From contig JBAZXR010000001.1 of assembly GCA_041659765.1 (NCBI GenBank), positions 182,923 through 246,922 on the forward strand: a DNA stretch of 64,000 nucleotides, written 5' to 3'. The stretch is from Patescibacteria group bacterium. GTDB lineage: Bacteria; Patescibacteriota; Patescibacteriia; UBA9934. The number at the start of each line of letters is the position of its first letter. Within the stretch, counting starts at the first letter, position 1. The position numbers were made by a program, and so were the translations under genes. Shown in pieces: positions 16,449 through 25,732 of the stretch. The notes under the pieces were generated by a model. The model saw nothing but the letters and a program-made list of their open reading frames with translations, searched no databases and was not told where the DNA came from.

Positions 16449-16458
16449 TCACTCTGGA

Positions 16459-17106
16459 TCACTCGGGCCAGTCTACAAGTTCGCCCATCCGTTTTTCAAT
16501 ATCGTCCGCTTTCCTGAGGCGGGCGATTTGATTTCTGTTCAAAATGGCTGAGTGAGGAATCTCGAGCAGATACTCGGGGATATACCAAATTGATTCCTCG
16601 CTCGTCTCCCAGCCCTGTTTGTCGAAGCGTGAGAGATCTATAGGTTTCGAAAATGCTCGCAGCGTTTTCGCTCTCGTCGATTGCAAAAAGTACTCGTGAA
16701 AATAACTCATCACGAGCTCGCGGATTGTTCTATACACGGGCTCCCGATACCGGAGAACGCCGTGATTTGTTTTGGAAATAGCACCCCAGTGACCATGAAT
16801 CTGATAAACGGCAAGCACGTGATCGTAATCGTTCTTGGTGGACTCGAGATCGACAATGAGCGGTGGAAAACCATTAGCCCTGAGCGCGGCGGCTGCGAAC
16901 ATAGCTCCCTCAATACACTGAGCGTTTCGTTCTTGGAGTACACGGCGTGGCGATAGGCAGGTGTCGTTATCGCCTAATACTCTGTACGTCAGTGTGTTTA
17001 CGAAGTCTTGAATTTTTGCTGGAGTCGTCAATGTTTCTAGAAGACGACGTTCGTCTGCGGTCCACGATGCCATACTCGATCTAGATTTTTTTATCAGTGA
17101 ATACAA
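16459..17106 (-). CDS. transglutaminase-like/papain-fold protein, putative
   Basis: NAQCIEGAMFAAAALRANGFP (Cys nucleophile context) followed by DYDHVLAVYQIHGHWGAI (His/Asp). Confidence 0.35.
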   Translation of the reverse strand: MYSLIKKSRSSMASWTADERRLLETLTTPAKIQDFVNTLTYRVLGDNDTCLSPRRVLQERNAQCIEGAMFAAAALRANGFPPLIVDLESTKNDYDHVLAVYQIHGHWGAISKTNHGVLRYREPVYRTIRELVMSYFHEYFLQSTRAKTLRAFSKPIDLSRFDKQGWETSEESIWYIPEYLLEIPHSAILNRNQIARLRKADDIEKRMGELVDWPE

Positions 17107-17674
17107 CGAGTCTTTCTGAATACTGTTTAGTAATTTTGTTCCAAACCCCGCCGCAAGTGATTAGATTTAAATGGGCTTGGCTGTCACTTGAAGTAAAGAC
17201 AGATGCGGCATCGGTAGCGGGGTCAAACTTTTTTACTTCTCGAACGATGAAAATTACTTTGGCGCCGGTTGCGTCTTCAATGATAACTTCTTGTCCGGGT
17301 TTTACTTTATACAGTCTTTTGAAGACGGCTGAGGATTCATTGAACCAGTTAACATGGCCGTCAATAACAGCGCTACCAATTTCACCCGGACGTGGACCGA
17401 GCTCGTACCAGGCCGCGTTCAAAGGGTTCTTTGGCACGTCCATGGCGCCTTGGGGCGTCAGGGCCACTTTCTCAATAGCCGCATTCACTCCGATGCTCGG
17501 AATGATAATGCGGTCAGATTTTTTGGTATTTTTTTCTGTAGCCACTTCCAAGGCTGGTTCTATCTGTACTGCGAGCGCTGGATCCGTGCTGGTTTTTACA
17601 GCGCGGGGTTCCGGAATTTTTAGAGCGGCAGCGTAAGAGAAAGCACCGTGATAAAGGAGAAGAGAGAAGAGCAC
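17081..17674 (-). CDS. sortase (canonical His-Cys-Arg)
   Basis: IPSIGVNAAIEKV, PGEIGSAVIDGHV (His), LNLITCGG (TLxTC Cys), SERLVVFT (Arg). Confidence 0.75.
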   Translation of the reverse strand: MLFSLLLYHGAFSYAAALKIPEPRAVKTSTDPALAVQIEPALEVATEKNTKKSDRIIIPSIGVNAAIEKVALTPQGAMDVPKNPLNAAWYELGPRPGEIGSAVIDGHVNWFNESSAVFKRLYKVKPGQEVIIEDATGAKVIFIVREVKKFDPATDAASVFTSSDSQAHLNLITCGGVWNKITKQYSERLVVFTDKKI

Positions 17675-17721
17675 TAAGAAACCCGTGAAGCCGATAAGGG
17701 TATGCTTGAGGATCTTTAGTA

Positions 17722-19137
17722 TTAGGCCGTGCGTTTTTTTCGTAGGACGAAGAAGAGTGAGGCTGCAGAAAGGCCGGTAGCTAGGGCGCCCCAGACGAGT
17801 GTGTTTTCAGGAGGGGTGAAGCCGGTGTTTGGGAAGGTTGGAACTGCGCTAGCCACCACAACTGTAGCGACGGCCACGTCTCTCACGGTGTAGCCGTTTC
17901 CAGAGCCTGTAGCTGTAACTGTGTTGGTCGTGGTAGCGGTGAGGTTTGTTCTGCAGGTGTAGGTCCATGTTTCTGATGGATCAAGCAGGTTATCGCTATT
18001 GGTGTCTCCGGAGACAAATACTACCGGGGAGCATTTATCATCAGTTAGGTAGACGTTGCTGAGCGGTACCGTGCCTGGGTTGGTTACTCGTTTTGTGTAA
18101 GTTACCATTCCTCCGCCGAAGGGTAGAGTGAACGGAGCGGGGACTTTTGTGATGTGAATGAGGGGTGGAACTACTGGCGTACCTACTACTACCGTAGCGC
18201 TAGCAATGTCCACGGAGCTCAATCCATTAGCCCAGCCCGTGGCCACGACAGTGTTAGTGTGGGTTTCGGTTAGTGTTGTGGTGCAGGTGTGCACCCAGAC
18301 TTCACCAAGATCAAGCACGGAGTCTCTGTCGGTATCGCCAGACTGGAGAACGATGGGGCTGCAGGTGTCGCCTACGAGCGTGACGTTCGTCATTGGTACC
18401 GTGCCAATGTTTCTGGCTGTATAGGTGTAGGTGACTGAACCGGGGCCTAGTGGCAAAGAGAGTGGGCTTGGGACTTTTACTACATCAATAAGCGGTGGAA
18501 CGGGAGGGATGATGGCCGGTGAGCCGATGTCATTATTCGTAACGATGCAAAATAGATGTTCGGCAGCGTGTAAGTACATTACTCCATCTGCATCACAGTC
18601 GCCGGAAAATGAGGCCGTATAGCCTGCGCCGTTACTCTCGGTTACTTGGTATCGGGAAGAGTTCGCGACGTAGCTGTTGGTGGAGCCGGAGAGTACCTGG
18701 GTGCTGTTTACAAAAAGCGGGAAATCATCAAAGGTAGCAGTTCCGCCGTTATCGTTGATTACGTTTTTAACTACGTTGATAGTTCCGGTGTACTGGGTAG
18801 AGCCTTCGCTAGAGGTGGCGGCGCAGGTTGGTTCAGTGATTTGGTTGTTATCCATGGTCACCTGAGTAGCAGCCCAGGCCCGACCCTGTAGGGCTACGCC
18901 GGAAACGAATGAGATTAATCCGGTGTTTGTGATGATGGTTCCCTTGATGCTCCCAGCTGCGGCAAAGGTCATGGAAGTGGGAATTTGCCAATAAACATTA
19001 CAGGCCGTGGCACCACCGGTTAAAACCATGGTACCGCCGGCGGTCTGGGCAATACTTGAGGTGCTGCGGAATATATAAACGCCGGCACCGTTTAAGGTCA
19101 GGGTAGAGTTAAAAGCGGTGGCTGCTACGTCATACAT
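17722..19137 (-). CDS. cell-surface protein with two DUF11-type repeat domains and a C-terminal sorting signal (FPNTG + TM + KKRTA)
   Basis: Two ~100-aa repeats: VPSPLSLPLGPGSVTYTYTARNIGTVPMTNVTLVGDTCSP..., then VPAPFTLPFGGGMVTYTKRVTNPGTVPLSNVYLTDDKCSP.... C-terminus VPTFPNTGFTPPENTLVWGALATGLSAASLFFVLRKKRTA. Confidence 0.65.
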   Translation of the reverse strand: MYDVAATAFNSTLTLNGAGVYIFRSTSSIAQTAGGTMVLTGGATACNVYWQIPTSMTFAAAGSIKGTIITNTGLISFVSGVALQGRAWAATQVTMDNNQITEPTCAATSSEGSTQYTGTINVVKNVINDNGGTATFDDFPLFVNSTQVLSGSTNSYVANSSRYQVTESNGAGYTASFSGDCDADGVMYLHAAEHLFCIVTNNDIGSPAIIPPVPPLIDVVKVPSPLSLPLGPGSVTYTYTARNIGTVPMTNVTLVGDTCSPIVLQSGDTDRDSVLDLGEVWVHTCTTTLTETHTNTVVATGWANGLSSVDIASATVVVGTPVVPPLIHITKVPAPFTLPFGGGMVTYTKRVTNPGTVPLSNVYLTDDKCSPVVFVSGDTNSDNLLDPSETWTYTCRTNLTATTTNTVTATGSGNGYTVRDVAVATVVVASAVPTFPNTGFTPPENTLVWGALATGLSAASLFFVLRKKRTA

Positions 19138-19261
19138 CGCAACGCGATACAGATTAAGATAATTACTTGAAGGATAGCACGTTTCTTCTATGAATCTTCG
19201 TCCCCACTTTAATGTGGGGATATTCAGCTACGGCCGGCGTACCGGTTAATTTGACGATCGC

Positions 19262-20491
19262 TTATTCCGATGATGATTCTGACGGTAGAGCAGTAAAGAT
19301 GTCTGGATTCTCTGGCCCTGTCACCTCAAGAACTGCCCATGCGCCTTTATTCATACGAGCCAGGGCGTGATCCACTAGGAGGTATTTTCCAGGAACATTG
19401 ACAGTGAACTCAACGATCGTAGCCCCGCCCGGCAGGACAGTTGTTGTCTGAACATTTTTATAGATAGCGGAGCCTTCACCTATAGCCGCTTCGGGATAGA
19501 CGACATCAAAGATTTCTCCGATTAGGTGCAATGAAGAAACTAGGTTGACCCCGCCGTTTCCCACGTACATACGGACACGGTCGCCTACCTGTGCTTTCAT
19601 GCGAGGCGTATTTTCGATTCGTCCGTTCATGGTGACGTAGGTCGGATCGCCATCGATGAGTCCTTTAGAATTGAAGACTACCAGCCCTTTCTTGCCAATT
19701 TCACCGCGCGTATAGAGTTCGCCCTGCATGACATAGAACTCTTTATCAACCGGTGCCAGGCCGCCAGTAGGCTCGACTAGGATTAGTCCGTACTGGCCAT
19801 GGGAGTTATGCGTGCTGACATTCGGCATCGCGCAGTGATATTCGTACAAGCCAGGATTTAAGGCCTGCCAGCGGAAAGTTTTTGTTTCGCCGGGTTCGAC
19901 GTTAGTTACCGCCGCGCCACCGCCCGGTCCGGTTACGGCATGTAGATCAATGTTGTGCGGGTGGAGGCTTGTTTGGTCGTTTGTCAGACTGAGCTCAACC
20001 GTGTCGCCAACTAGCACTCGGTACATGGGTCCTGGAACACTGCCGTCATAGGTCCAGTAATTAAAGAAGATCCCCGGAGCAATTTCCGAGATGACTTCTT
20101 TAGCGGTGACAGAAATTTTGATTGTTGCCGGAGCTCTGTTGCCGATGGGCACTGGTACGTCATTTGGGTCTCGACCGATATCTTGAACGCGCGGAATGTT
20201 GTTCTCATGGAAAAGGAAATTGAGGGCTGAAAAGAAGGGAAGCGAAGCGGGTTTCCCGTCGTGGGTCATGGCGTGCATGGTGGGCGGCATGGCGAAGTTG
20301 ATTGGATATGAGACATCTGCTAGAACAAAAACTAGAACCGCAATCACGAGCGCCACGGCTCCAAGGTCAATATGTTTACGGGTTTGTTTGTCAGATTTTT
20401 TTCTGAGTAGCAGTAGTCCGATGAAAACGAAGATCGTGGCGGCTAATCCAAGGATGACGGCAAACAACTGGATAAACAGAGGGAAGAACAT
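19262..20491 (-). CDS. nirK: copper-containing nitrite reductase / two-domain multicopper oxidase family (NirK-like), membrane-anchored
   Basis: HNIDLHAVTGPGGGAAVTNVEPGETKTFRWQALNPGLYEYHCA closely matches the NirK type-1/type-2 Cu region. Two N-terminal TM helices. C-terminal cupredoxin domain. Confidence 0.6.
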   Translation of the reverse strand: MFFPLFIQLFAVILGLAATIFVFIGLLLLRKKSDKQTRKHIDLGAVALVIAVLVFVLADVSYPINFAMPPTMHAMTHDGKPASLPFFSALNFLFHENNIPRVQDIGRDPNDVPVPIGNRAPATIKISVTAKEVISEIAPGIFFNYWTYDGSVPGPMYRVLVGDTVELSLTNDQTSLHPHNIDLHAVTGPGGGAAVTNVEPGETKTFRWQALNPGLYEYHCAMPNVSTHNSHGQYGLILVEPTGGLAPVDKEFYVMQGELYTRGEIGKKGLVVFNSKGLIDGDPTYVTMNGRIENTPRMKAQVGDRVRMYVGNGGVNLVSSLHLIGEIFDVVYPEAAIGEGSAIYKNVQTTTVLPGGATIVEFTVNVPGKYLLVDHALARMNKGAWAVLEVTGPENPDIFTALPSESSSE

Positions 20492-20516
20492 ACTGGAGTT
20501 AGATATTTATAGTTCA

Positions 20517-21722
20517 CTATTCATACCGCAGGGCCTCTGCCGGTTCAAGGCGCGCTGCGGCGCGAGCAGGGAGAAAACCGGCTACAATACCAACGATAAA
20601 GGTAAAGACGAGTAGGGCCAATGCGCCCAAGTAGTCAACTCCGGCCCAAGAGAACAGCCCAGGAACCCCGGCTTGGGCTGCGAACCGGGAGATGATGTCT
20701 GCAAAAATAAGACCGAAGGCAATGCCAAAGACTCCGCCGACTGTTCCAATGATGCCCGATTCAATTAAGAAAAGCATGAGAATTGCTTCGCGGGTGGCGC
20801 CTATTGCCTTCATGATGCCGATCTGTTTAGTCCGTTCAAAGACGGATGTATACATGGTGTTCATGATACCGATTCCGCCCACCATTAAAGACACCAGCGC
20901 AATGATCATGAGAAAAATTTCAATCATGTTCAATACGTTATCTACGAGTAGATTCGCCTTGTCTGGTGTCAGGATAGTGAAATCCTGGACTACGGATTGT
21001 TTGCCAAGCTGATATTTAACCTCTTGTGCCACATACTTAGGATCGGCCGTTGGCAGTACTTTAATGACCGCCGAGTAAGCTACGCCGGCCGTGCCGGTTA
21101 ACGCCTTAAACGAGTCAAAAGAAATGAAGATAGCGTTGTCGTGGCTTTGTTCGCCTTGAGAGGTAGCGATACCCACGACGCTGAACTTTTTTGCTTTAAT
21201 AATGATTTCACTGCCGAGCGGGATGGCATCTTTAAAGAGCTCTCTCGAAGCCGAGTAACCGATTACTACCTCGTTCACGCTGTCGTTTGCGGGATAGCGT
21301 CCCTGTTCAAGCCGGCCACCTTGAGATTGTTCAAGAATTTCTTTGTAGTTATCCCAATTTTGGGCGTGGAGCATGACCGATTGTTTTTCGCCGTGATATT
21401 CCGCGGTTACGATTCCAGTTTCAACAGGCAGGACAAACTTAACGCCATTAACATTTTCCAGATCCATTAAGTCTGCGGTTCTGAATCTTGCGCCGCCAAG
21501 CAGGCCAAGAATCGGATTTGATTCTTTGCCTGGGAAGACCATGATCAGATCCGGACTAAACATCTGAAGTGTTCCTTGTACTGCTTGTTTAATGCCGTTT
21601 CCGAGGGCAAGGATAACGGCCACCAGCATGATACCGACAACAATCCCGAGAACCGTCAACCAGCTTCGCAGCGGGCGAAAGCGAAGGCCTCTGAAAATAA
21701 GTTGGAAAAAGTTTCCGATCAT
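20517..21722 (-). CDS. ABC transporter permease, MacB/FtsX family
   Basis: 401 aa. N-terminal TM, large periplasmic domain, C-terminal FtsX 3-TM bundle. Confidence 0.75.
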   Translation of the reverse strand: MIGNFFQLIFRGLRFRPLRSWLTVLGIVVGIMLVAVILALGNGIKQAVQGTLQMFSPDLIMVFPGKESNPILGLLGGARFRTADLMDLENVNGVKFVLPVETGIVTAEYHGEKQSVMLHAQNWDNYKEILEQSQGGRLEQGRYPANDSVNEVVIGYSASRELFKDAIPLGSEIIIKAKKFSVVGIATSQGEQSHDNAIFISFDSFKALTGTAGVAYSAVIKVLPTADPKYVAQEVKYQLGKQSVVQDFTILTPDKANLLVDNVLNMIEIFLMIIALVSLMVGGIGIMNTMYTSVFERTKQIGIMKAIGATREAILMLFLIESGIIGTVGGVFGIAFGLIFADIISRFAAQAGVPGLFSWAGVDYLGALALLVFTFIVGIVAGFLPARAAARLEPAEALRYE

Positions 21723-22582
21723 ATTTTTCTGGAAAAAGTTCGGAGTTTGGGCCGGCTTGGCACTGGTAAGCCGTCTTGGATGGTGATGATCTGATCCGCA
21801 CTTTCCGCAATTCTGGCGTCATGGCTTACCACAACGAGAGTTTTTTTCTCTTTACGATGCAGAGTAATGAGTGTTTGAAGAATTTTGGTGCCGGTTTGGG
21901 AATCAAGATTTCCCGTGGGTTCATCTCCGAGCACAATAGCAGGGTTATTTATAAGCGCGCGTACGAGAGCTACGCGTTGTTGTTCTCCTCCGGAGAGTTG
22001 AGTCGGCCTATGGCCGAGCCGGCCGCTGAGCCCGACGTTGTTAAAGAGCAGTTCGGTAGCGGATCTATTTGCGGTCTGACCAGCAAAGATAAGCGGGAGC
22101 ACGGCATTTTCATACGCAGTGAGCCAGGGGATGAGATTGTACTGTTGAAAAATGAATCCAAATGTTCTTGACCGTAACATTGCCCGAGCATCTTCAGAGA
22201 GCGAATCGGCATCTTTGTCTTTGATGAAGACTCGGCCGGTTGAAGGCCGATCAAGGAGGCCGATGAGGTTGAGCAGGGTACTTTTTCCGGAACCGCTCGC
22301 CCCAATAATAACTACGAAATCACCTTCCCAGACGTTTAGGTCGAAGCCTCTGATAACCGTTGTTTCAACCGCCCCGGTACGAAATATCTTTTTAACATTT
22401 TCTAGCCGAATGAGGGGAGTGCCGAGGAATTTTTCTGGATTGGCAACAAATCTTGTTTGGCAGGCAGACCCACAAAACTCAAAGGTTTTCTTTCTATAGC
22501 CATGCGAAATAACTTCTTTAAGTCCTTTGAGCCGCATCCCGCACACGGGATCGTTTCCTTTGCTTGTTCGTCCGGTAGGCAT
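21719..22582 (-). CDS. ABC transporter ATP-binding protein (MacB/LolD type) with N-terminal YHS/TRASH metal-binding domain
   Basis: N-terminus [11 protein letters not shown]...[14 protein letters not shown] (YHS-like). Walker [10 protein letters not shown], signature LSGGEQQR, Walker [11 protein letters not shown]. 4-nt overlap with the permease gene. Confidence 0.75.
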   Translation of the reverse strand: MPTGRTSKGNDPVCGMRLKGLKEVISHGYRKKTFEFCGSACQTRFVANPEKFLGTPLIRLENVKKIFRTGAVETTVIRGFDLNVWEGDFVVIIGASGSGKSTLLNLIGLLDRPSTGRVFIKDKDADSLSEDARAMLRSRTFGFIFQQYNLIPWLTAYENAVLPLIFAGQTANRSATELLFNNVGLSGRLGHRPTQLSGGEQQRVALVRALINNPAIVLGDEPTGNLDSQTGTKILQTLITLHRKEKKTLVVVSHDARIAESADQIITIQDGLPVPSRPKLRTFSRKI

Positions 22583-22588
22583 AGCGGG

Positions 22589-24259
22589 CTATGTTGCTGA
22601 AGCGACCAGCTCGTCTCCCTCTTGTACCCCGGAAATAATTTCTACGAATTCATCATTTACAATCCCGGTTTGAACTTCTATTTCCGTTAGTTCTTTTCCA
22701 TGTTTTATGAGTACAAACTGTAGCCCGTCTCGATTGCTGACCATGAAAAGAGGAGCGTAAAGAGCGTTCTCTTTTTCGGCGATGCGAATCAATACGTCAG
22801 CGCTCATCCGGCGTCTGAGCTCTTCAGTTGATTCGGCGATGGTCATGTTTACGATGTAGTAGGTGTCTGCGTCGCGCACAACCTCTTTGGGATCAATAGA
22901 GACGATTTCGCCGGTGTACGTTTTATTTGGAAAGGCGTCGAAAATAATGGAAACACGGTTGCCATTTCCGGCGTGGATCTTAGGAATATCTAATTCCGAT
23001 ATCTCCGACTGAATTTTAACGCCGGCCGTGGCTAGGGAGATGGCCGGCATGCCCTCTAGGCTTTGTTGGTACTGTTCATTTTGTTTGACCCATACTTTGG
23101 TAATGACGGCATCGGCTGGGGCAAAAAGGCTGGAATCTTTAATTTTTTTGTTGGCAATGCCGATATTTGCGTCAATGACAGAGATGGCTGACTGTGCTTG
23201 GCTGATGCCGGCGTCCGCGGAGGCCATTTGCGCTTCTGCTTGTCTGACAACTGCTTCTTGAACGGCGATTTCTTCACTGGCGGTTCCGGTCTTAAGCGCG
23301 GAGAGCTGCTGTTCAGCCACAGCTAGAGAGGCAGCGGCCGCCTGTTGTGACGTGTTGGCGTTGGTTACGTTTTTGGTGGCGGTATTTACGGCTGATCTTG
23401 CCAGAGATACGTCTGTTTGCCAGCCGGAAATGGTCAGAGAAGTAACGCTGCCGGTTGAAATGGCGCCATTGAGGGCGAGCGCTAAATCATTAAGGAAAAC
23501 TGAGACGGTTTCTAGGTTTACTTCCGAGGTTGAAGCAATTGCCGTGGACGTTGTTTGAGTTAGCAGGGAAGATTGCCAGGAATCTAACATGGCCTCAATA
23601 GCGACGCGTTGAATTTCAAGAGTGTTCCTGAGTCCGTCGTCTACGATTAGAAAGGCGAGGATAGGATGATCCGTTCGCGGGTTATCAAACATTTGGTCGG
23701 CGGTAGTTCGTATGGCGTCATCAGCGGCAGTGTAAGCAACATTTGCCGCGTCAAAAAGAACTTCATTCGCTCCACTAACTGCCAGCCGCGCAGCAGCTGT
23801 TTGCGCCGTTTGAACCTCTATAGTTTCTGGCAGGGTTCCGCGTTTGAGCGCAGCTAGCCGAGCCAGTGCGGCGTCTACTGCGGCGCGTGCTTCTGCTTTT
23901 TGTGCTAGGGCGTTTGTCAGCATGGCCTTTGCTTGCGTGCGTTCAGCTAGGAGCCTGGAAAGTTCGAGCGTTGCAGTGGTTGTATCAAGTCTCATGAGAA
24001 AGGCGCCCTTCTTCACGGTTTGTCCCTCCTCTACGGCTACTTCTTGTACGTTGCCGAAGCTATTGAAGGCCATGTCATACTCGCGTTCGGCTGCTACTTC
24101 ACCGCGGACGCGGAGCTCGTCTTGAATATTTCCCCGCTTAACTATGTATGTCAAAGGCGCTGAAACGTCTTTTAGAAAATATCGGGAATAGACCCAGTAG
24201 GAAACAAAGGCGCTGCCGAGAGCTACCAGCAAGATGATCAGAAGCGTTATTTTTTTCAT
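22589..24259 (-). CDS. efflux periplasmic adaptor (HlyD/membrane fusion protein) with long coiled coil
   Basis: 556 aa. N-terminal TM, biotinyl/lipoyl-like hairpin ends (VRGEVAAEREYDMAF, AVITKVWVKQNEQYQQ), extended Ala/Gln-rich coiled coil. Confidence 0.7.
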   Translation of the reverse strand: MKKITLLIILLVALGSAFVSYWVYSRYFLKDVSAPLTYIVKRGNIQDELRVRGEVAAEREYDMAFNSFGNVQEVAVEEGQTVKKGAFLMRLDTTTATLELSRLLAERTQAKAMLTNALAQKAEARAAVDAALARLAALKRGTLPETIEVQTAQTAAARLAVSGANEVLFDAANVAYTAADDAIRTTADQMFDNPRTDHPILAFLIVDDGLRNTLEIQRVAIEAMLDSWQSSLLTQTTSTAIASTSEVNLETVSVFLNDLALALNGAISTGSVTSLTISGWQTDVSLARSAVNTATKNVTNANTSQQAAAASLAVAEQQLSALKTGTASEEIAVQEAVVRQAEAQMASADAGISQAQSAISVIDANIGIANKKIKDSSLFAPADAVITKVWVKQNEQYQQSLEGMPAISLATAGVKIQSEISELDIPKIHAGNGNRVSIIFDAFPNKTYTGEIVSIDPKEVVRDADTYYIVNMTIAESTEELRRRMSADVLIRIAEKENALYAPLFMVSNRDGLQFVLIKHGKELTEIEVQTGIVNDEFVEIISGVQEGDELVASAT

Positions 24260-24460
24260 AACGGAGGAGGATTAGCTATCTTGATTCGCCAATCTTAACT
24301 TTGTGAAGATATTCAAAGGCAGCTTTCGCATACAATTGACACAAGAGGAGCCGTACACTCCTGTTCGGCTCCTCTTATTAATCTAATTGTATATAGAATA
24401 GCACATATATTCCGCTAACCCCACGCCCCAGTAATATACGGGTATAATGCGTTCATCTAT

Positions 24461-25651
24461 ATGAACATTCCTTTTTTTCGTATCGCGGCGACAGCTATCT
24501 GTTCACTTGGTTTCTTGTTGATTAGTTCCACTTCAGTCTTCGCGGCGGACTCTGTCCGGCCAACGGTTGGCACGGTTTTGCCAACGTCTGCCGTCGCGGG
24601 GGTACCAGTGAATATCACAGTGTCGTATGCAGACGATGATTCGGGAGTAACATTGTGTGAGTTGTATGTGGAATTTAATAATGAAGGAGTGATGACGCTG
24701 TCGGGCGGGGTAGCGAGCAGGGCATATACTTTTCCCAGCAAAGGCGTCTATACATTGTTCGTCCACTGTAAGGATGCGGCCGGCAATGCACAGAACGGAC
24801 ATAATACGGCGGTCAACGTTTCAGCCGCTCCCAATAACGGCGACGTAATTGTGCCGGTGGTAGGGCAGATCACCCCGGCGGCGGCCCAGATTAATGTGGC
24901 CGTGAACCTGCAGGCGTCTTATTCTGATGCCGGGGGAGTCACGGCGTGCCGTTTGATTGTTGGGGGGTTTGATAATGGAGCGATGACACTTTCTGCCGGA
25001 GTAGCAAGTCGATCATTCGTGTTCGATTCCACCGGCTCATATTCAGTGCATGCTCAGTGCGTGGATGCCGGTGGTAACATTGGCGTCGGGTCGAGTGTGA
25101 CCGTGGTTGTTTCTAGTGCAGCAGTTCCATCTACGGTGATTGTGACTCCGGTGGAAGTAGTGCCACCGACGGCCGCGCCAACTACTACTCCTGGCTTGGT
25201 CAAACTTATCTGTCCCTCGGTGGCGGCCGCTGACCACCCGTGTCATTCCGTCTATTATCGAGCGAGTGATGGTACTCGTCACGCCTTTCCAAACGAACGG
25301 GTTTTCTTGACTTGGTACTCTGATTTTTCGAGCGTGACCGAGATTAGTTCGTCTGATATGGCCGCTCTACAGCTAGGAAAGAACGTGACTTACAGGCCAG
25401 GCGTCCGTATGGTGAAGTTCACCACGGACAATAAAGTGTACGCTGTTGATCAGGGCGGGGTTTTGCGCTGGGTTTCCAGCGAAGCTATGGCTATGAGTCT
25501 CTATGGCAGCGATTGGAATAAAAAAATCGACGATATTGCTGATGTCTTCGTTTCTAACTACGACCGAACCGGTGCCGAGATCATGAACGATTCTGATTAC
25601 TCTCCGTCAATAGTTACCAATGAAGTTGAGAGTATTGAAGAAAATTTCTAG
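24461..25651 (+). CDS. secreted protein with two Ig-like repeats and the shared C-terminal ~125-aa domain
   Basis: Signal peptide. Two ~100-aa repeats (VGTVLPTSAVAGVPVNITVSYADDDSGVTLCELYVEF..., VGQITPAAAQINVAVNLQASYSDAGGVTACRLIVGGF...). C-terminal SVYYRASDGTRHAFPNE...VRMVKF...VYAVDQGGVLRWV...LYGSDW. Confidence 0.55.
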   Translation: MNIPFFRIAATAICSLGFLLISSTSVFAADSVRPTVGTVLPTSAVAGVPVNITVSYADDDSGVTLCELYVEFNNEGVMTLSGGVASRAYTFPSKGVYTLFVHCKDAAGNAQNGHNTAVNVSAAPNNGDVIVPVVGQITPAAAQINVAVNLQASYSDAGGVTACRLIVGGFDNGAMTLSAGVASRSFVFDSTGSYSVHAQCVDAGGNIGVGSSVTVVVSSAAVPSTVIVTPVEVVPPTAAPTTTPGLVKLICPSVAAADHPCHSVYYRASDGTRHAFPNERVFLTWYSDFSSVTEISSSDMAALQLGKNVTYRPGVRMVKFTTDNKVYAVDQGGVLRWVSSEAMAMSLYGSDWNKKIDDIADVFVSNYDRTGAEIMNDSDYSPSIVTNEVESIEENF

Positions 25652-25732
25652 AAATACACAAAAGTCTGTTGCATCTATGGTCGCAGAATAAGCGAATGAG
25701 GGGTATCATGGATAAAATTAAATACGCGTTTT

